DNA of 59,683 nucleotides, filler included. It is 5 parts of 5 records of this genome, joined end to end, with 100 filler letters (N's around TTAATTAATTAA, not from the genome) between each part and the next. Parts side by side here need not be neighbours in the genome. Positions count along the whole stretch, not along the records: positions 45,293 to 59,683 come from SRR2962707_1913; 4 more parts are not named here. One strand, 5' to 3'. The translations under genes were made by a program, and so were the position numbers. The notes under the pieces were generated by a model. It made no database searches. It saw only the letters and a program-made list of their open reading frames with translations, and had not been told where the DNA came from. This document shows, piece after piece, positions 59,419 through 59,683 of this stretch (the first letter of the stretch is position 1; the number at the start of each line of letters is the position of its first letter).

Positions 59419-59683
59419 TTAGAACGGGATTTCGTCATCCAGATCACGCGAGGATTGGCCACCGCCGCCGCCGCTGCTGGACGGGCCGGAATCGTAACCG
59501 CCACCATACCCGCCCGGATCAGACGGGCCGCTGTCGTAGCCGCCACCGCCGCCACCGGAACCACCGCCCGATGGGCCGTCCAACATGGTCAATGTGCCGT
59601 TAAAGCCCTGCAAGACGACTTCGGTGCTGTAGCGATCTGCACCGGATTGGTCTTGCCATTTGCGGGTCTGCAACTGGCCTTCG
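59419..59683 (-). CDS. ssb: Single-stranded DNA-binding protein (5' truncated)
   Basis: [11 protein letters not shown], Gly-rich linker, C-terminal DDEIPF. Confidence 0.96.
   Translation of the reverse strand, partial: EGQLQTRKWQDQSGADRYSTEVVLQGFNGTLTMLDGPSGGGSGGGGGGYDSGPSDPGGYGGGYDSGPSSSGGGGGQSSRDLDDEIPF

Overview
The window is not one replicon. It is five unrelated contigs joined by N-runs carrying a TTAATTAATTAA linker (junctions at about 11112-11211, 31295-31394, 37094-37193 and 45193-45292). Taxonomic assignments below are inferred from gene content and composition. (1) 1-11111: a Bacteroidota (Flavobacteriaceae-like) conjugative element (traG, traJ, traK, traM, traN, coupling-protein tail). 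It carries an AT-rich, tightly coupled 4-gene cargo operon: SPPY-type DNA methyltransferase, probable winged-helix protein, P-loop ATPase and PIN-domain nuclease. I cannot match this to a named system, and it is the best candidate for an undescribed methylation-guarded defence system. (2) 11212-31294: a gammaproteobacterial (Marinobacter-like) accessory region. It starts with an attI-like site and an eroded integron-like cassette array with no intI visible. It also has a ParDE toxin-antitoxin pair, many small stress/detox genes (three preceded by an identical TGTCGA-N17-CGACT ECF42-like promoter), and a CxxC/RAPP leader gene upstream of a PepSY-TM gene. (3) 31395-37093: alphaproteobacterial housekeeping genes (folE, cytochrome c', fructosamine kinase, LMW-PTP, AraC, MATE). 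(4) 37194-45192: a eukaryotic (protist-like) contig with a spliced ABC transporter, a receptor-like TKL kinase and microsatellites. (5) 45293-59683: Roseobacter-group core genes (two GcvT/DMGDH-like genes, corC-like, xerD, aroK, aroB, ssb). No rRNA, tRNA or CRISPR array was seen.
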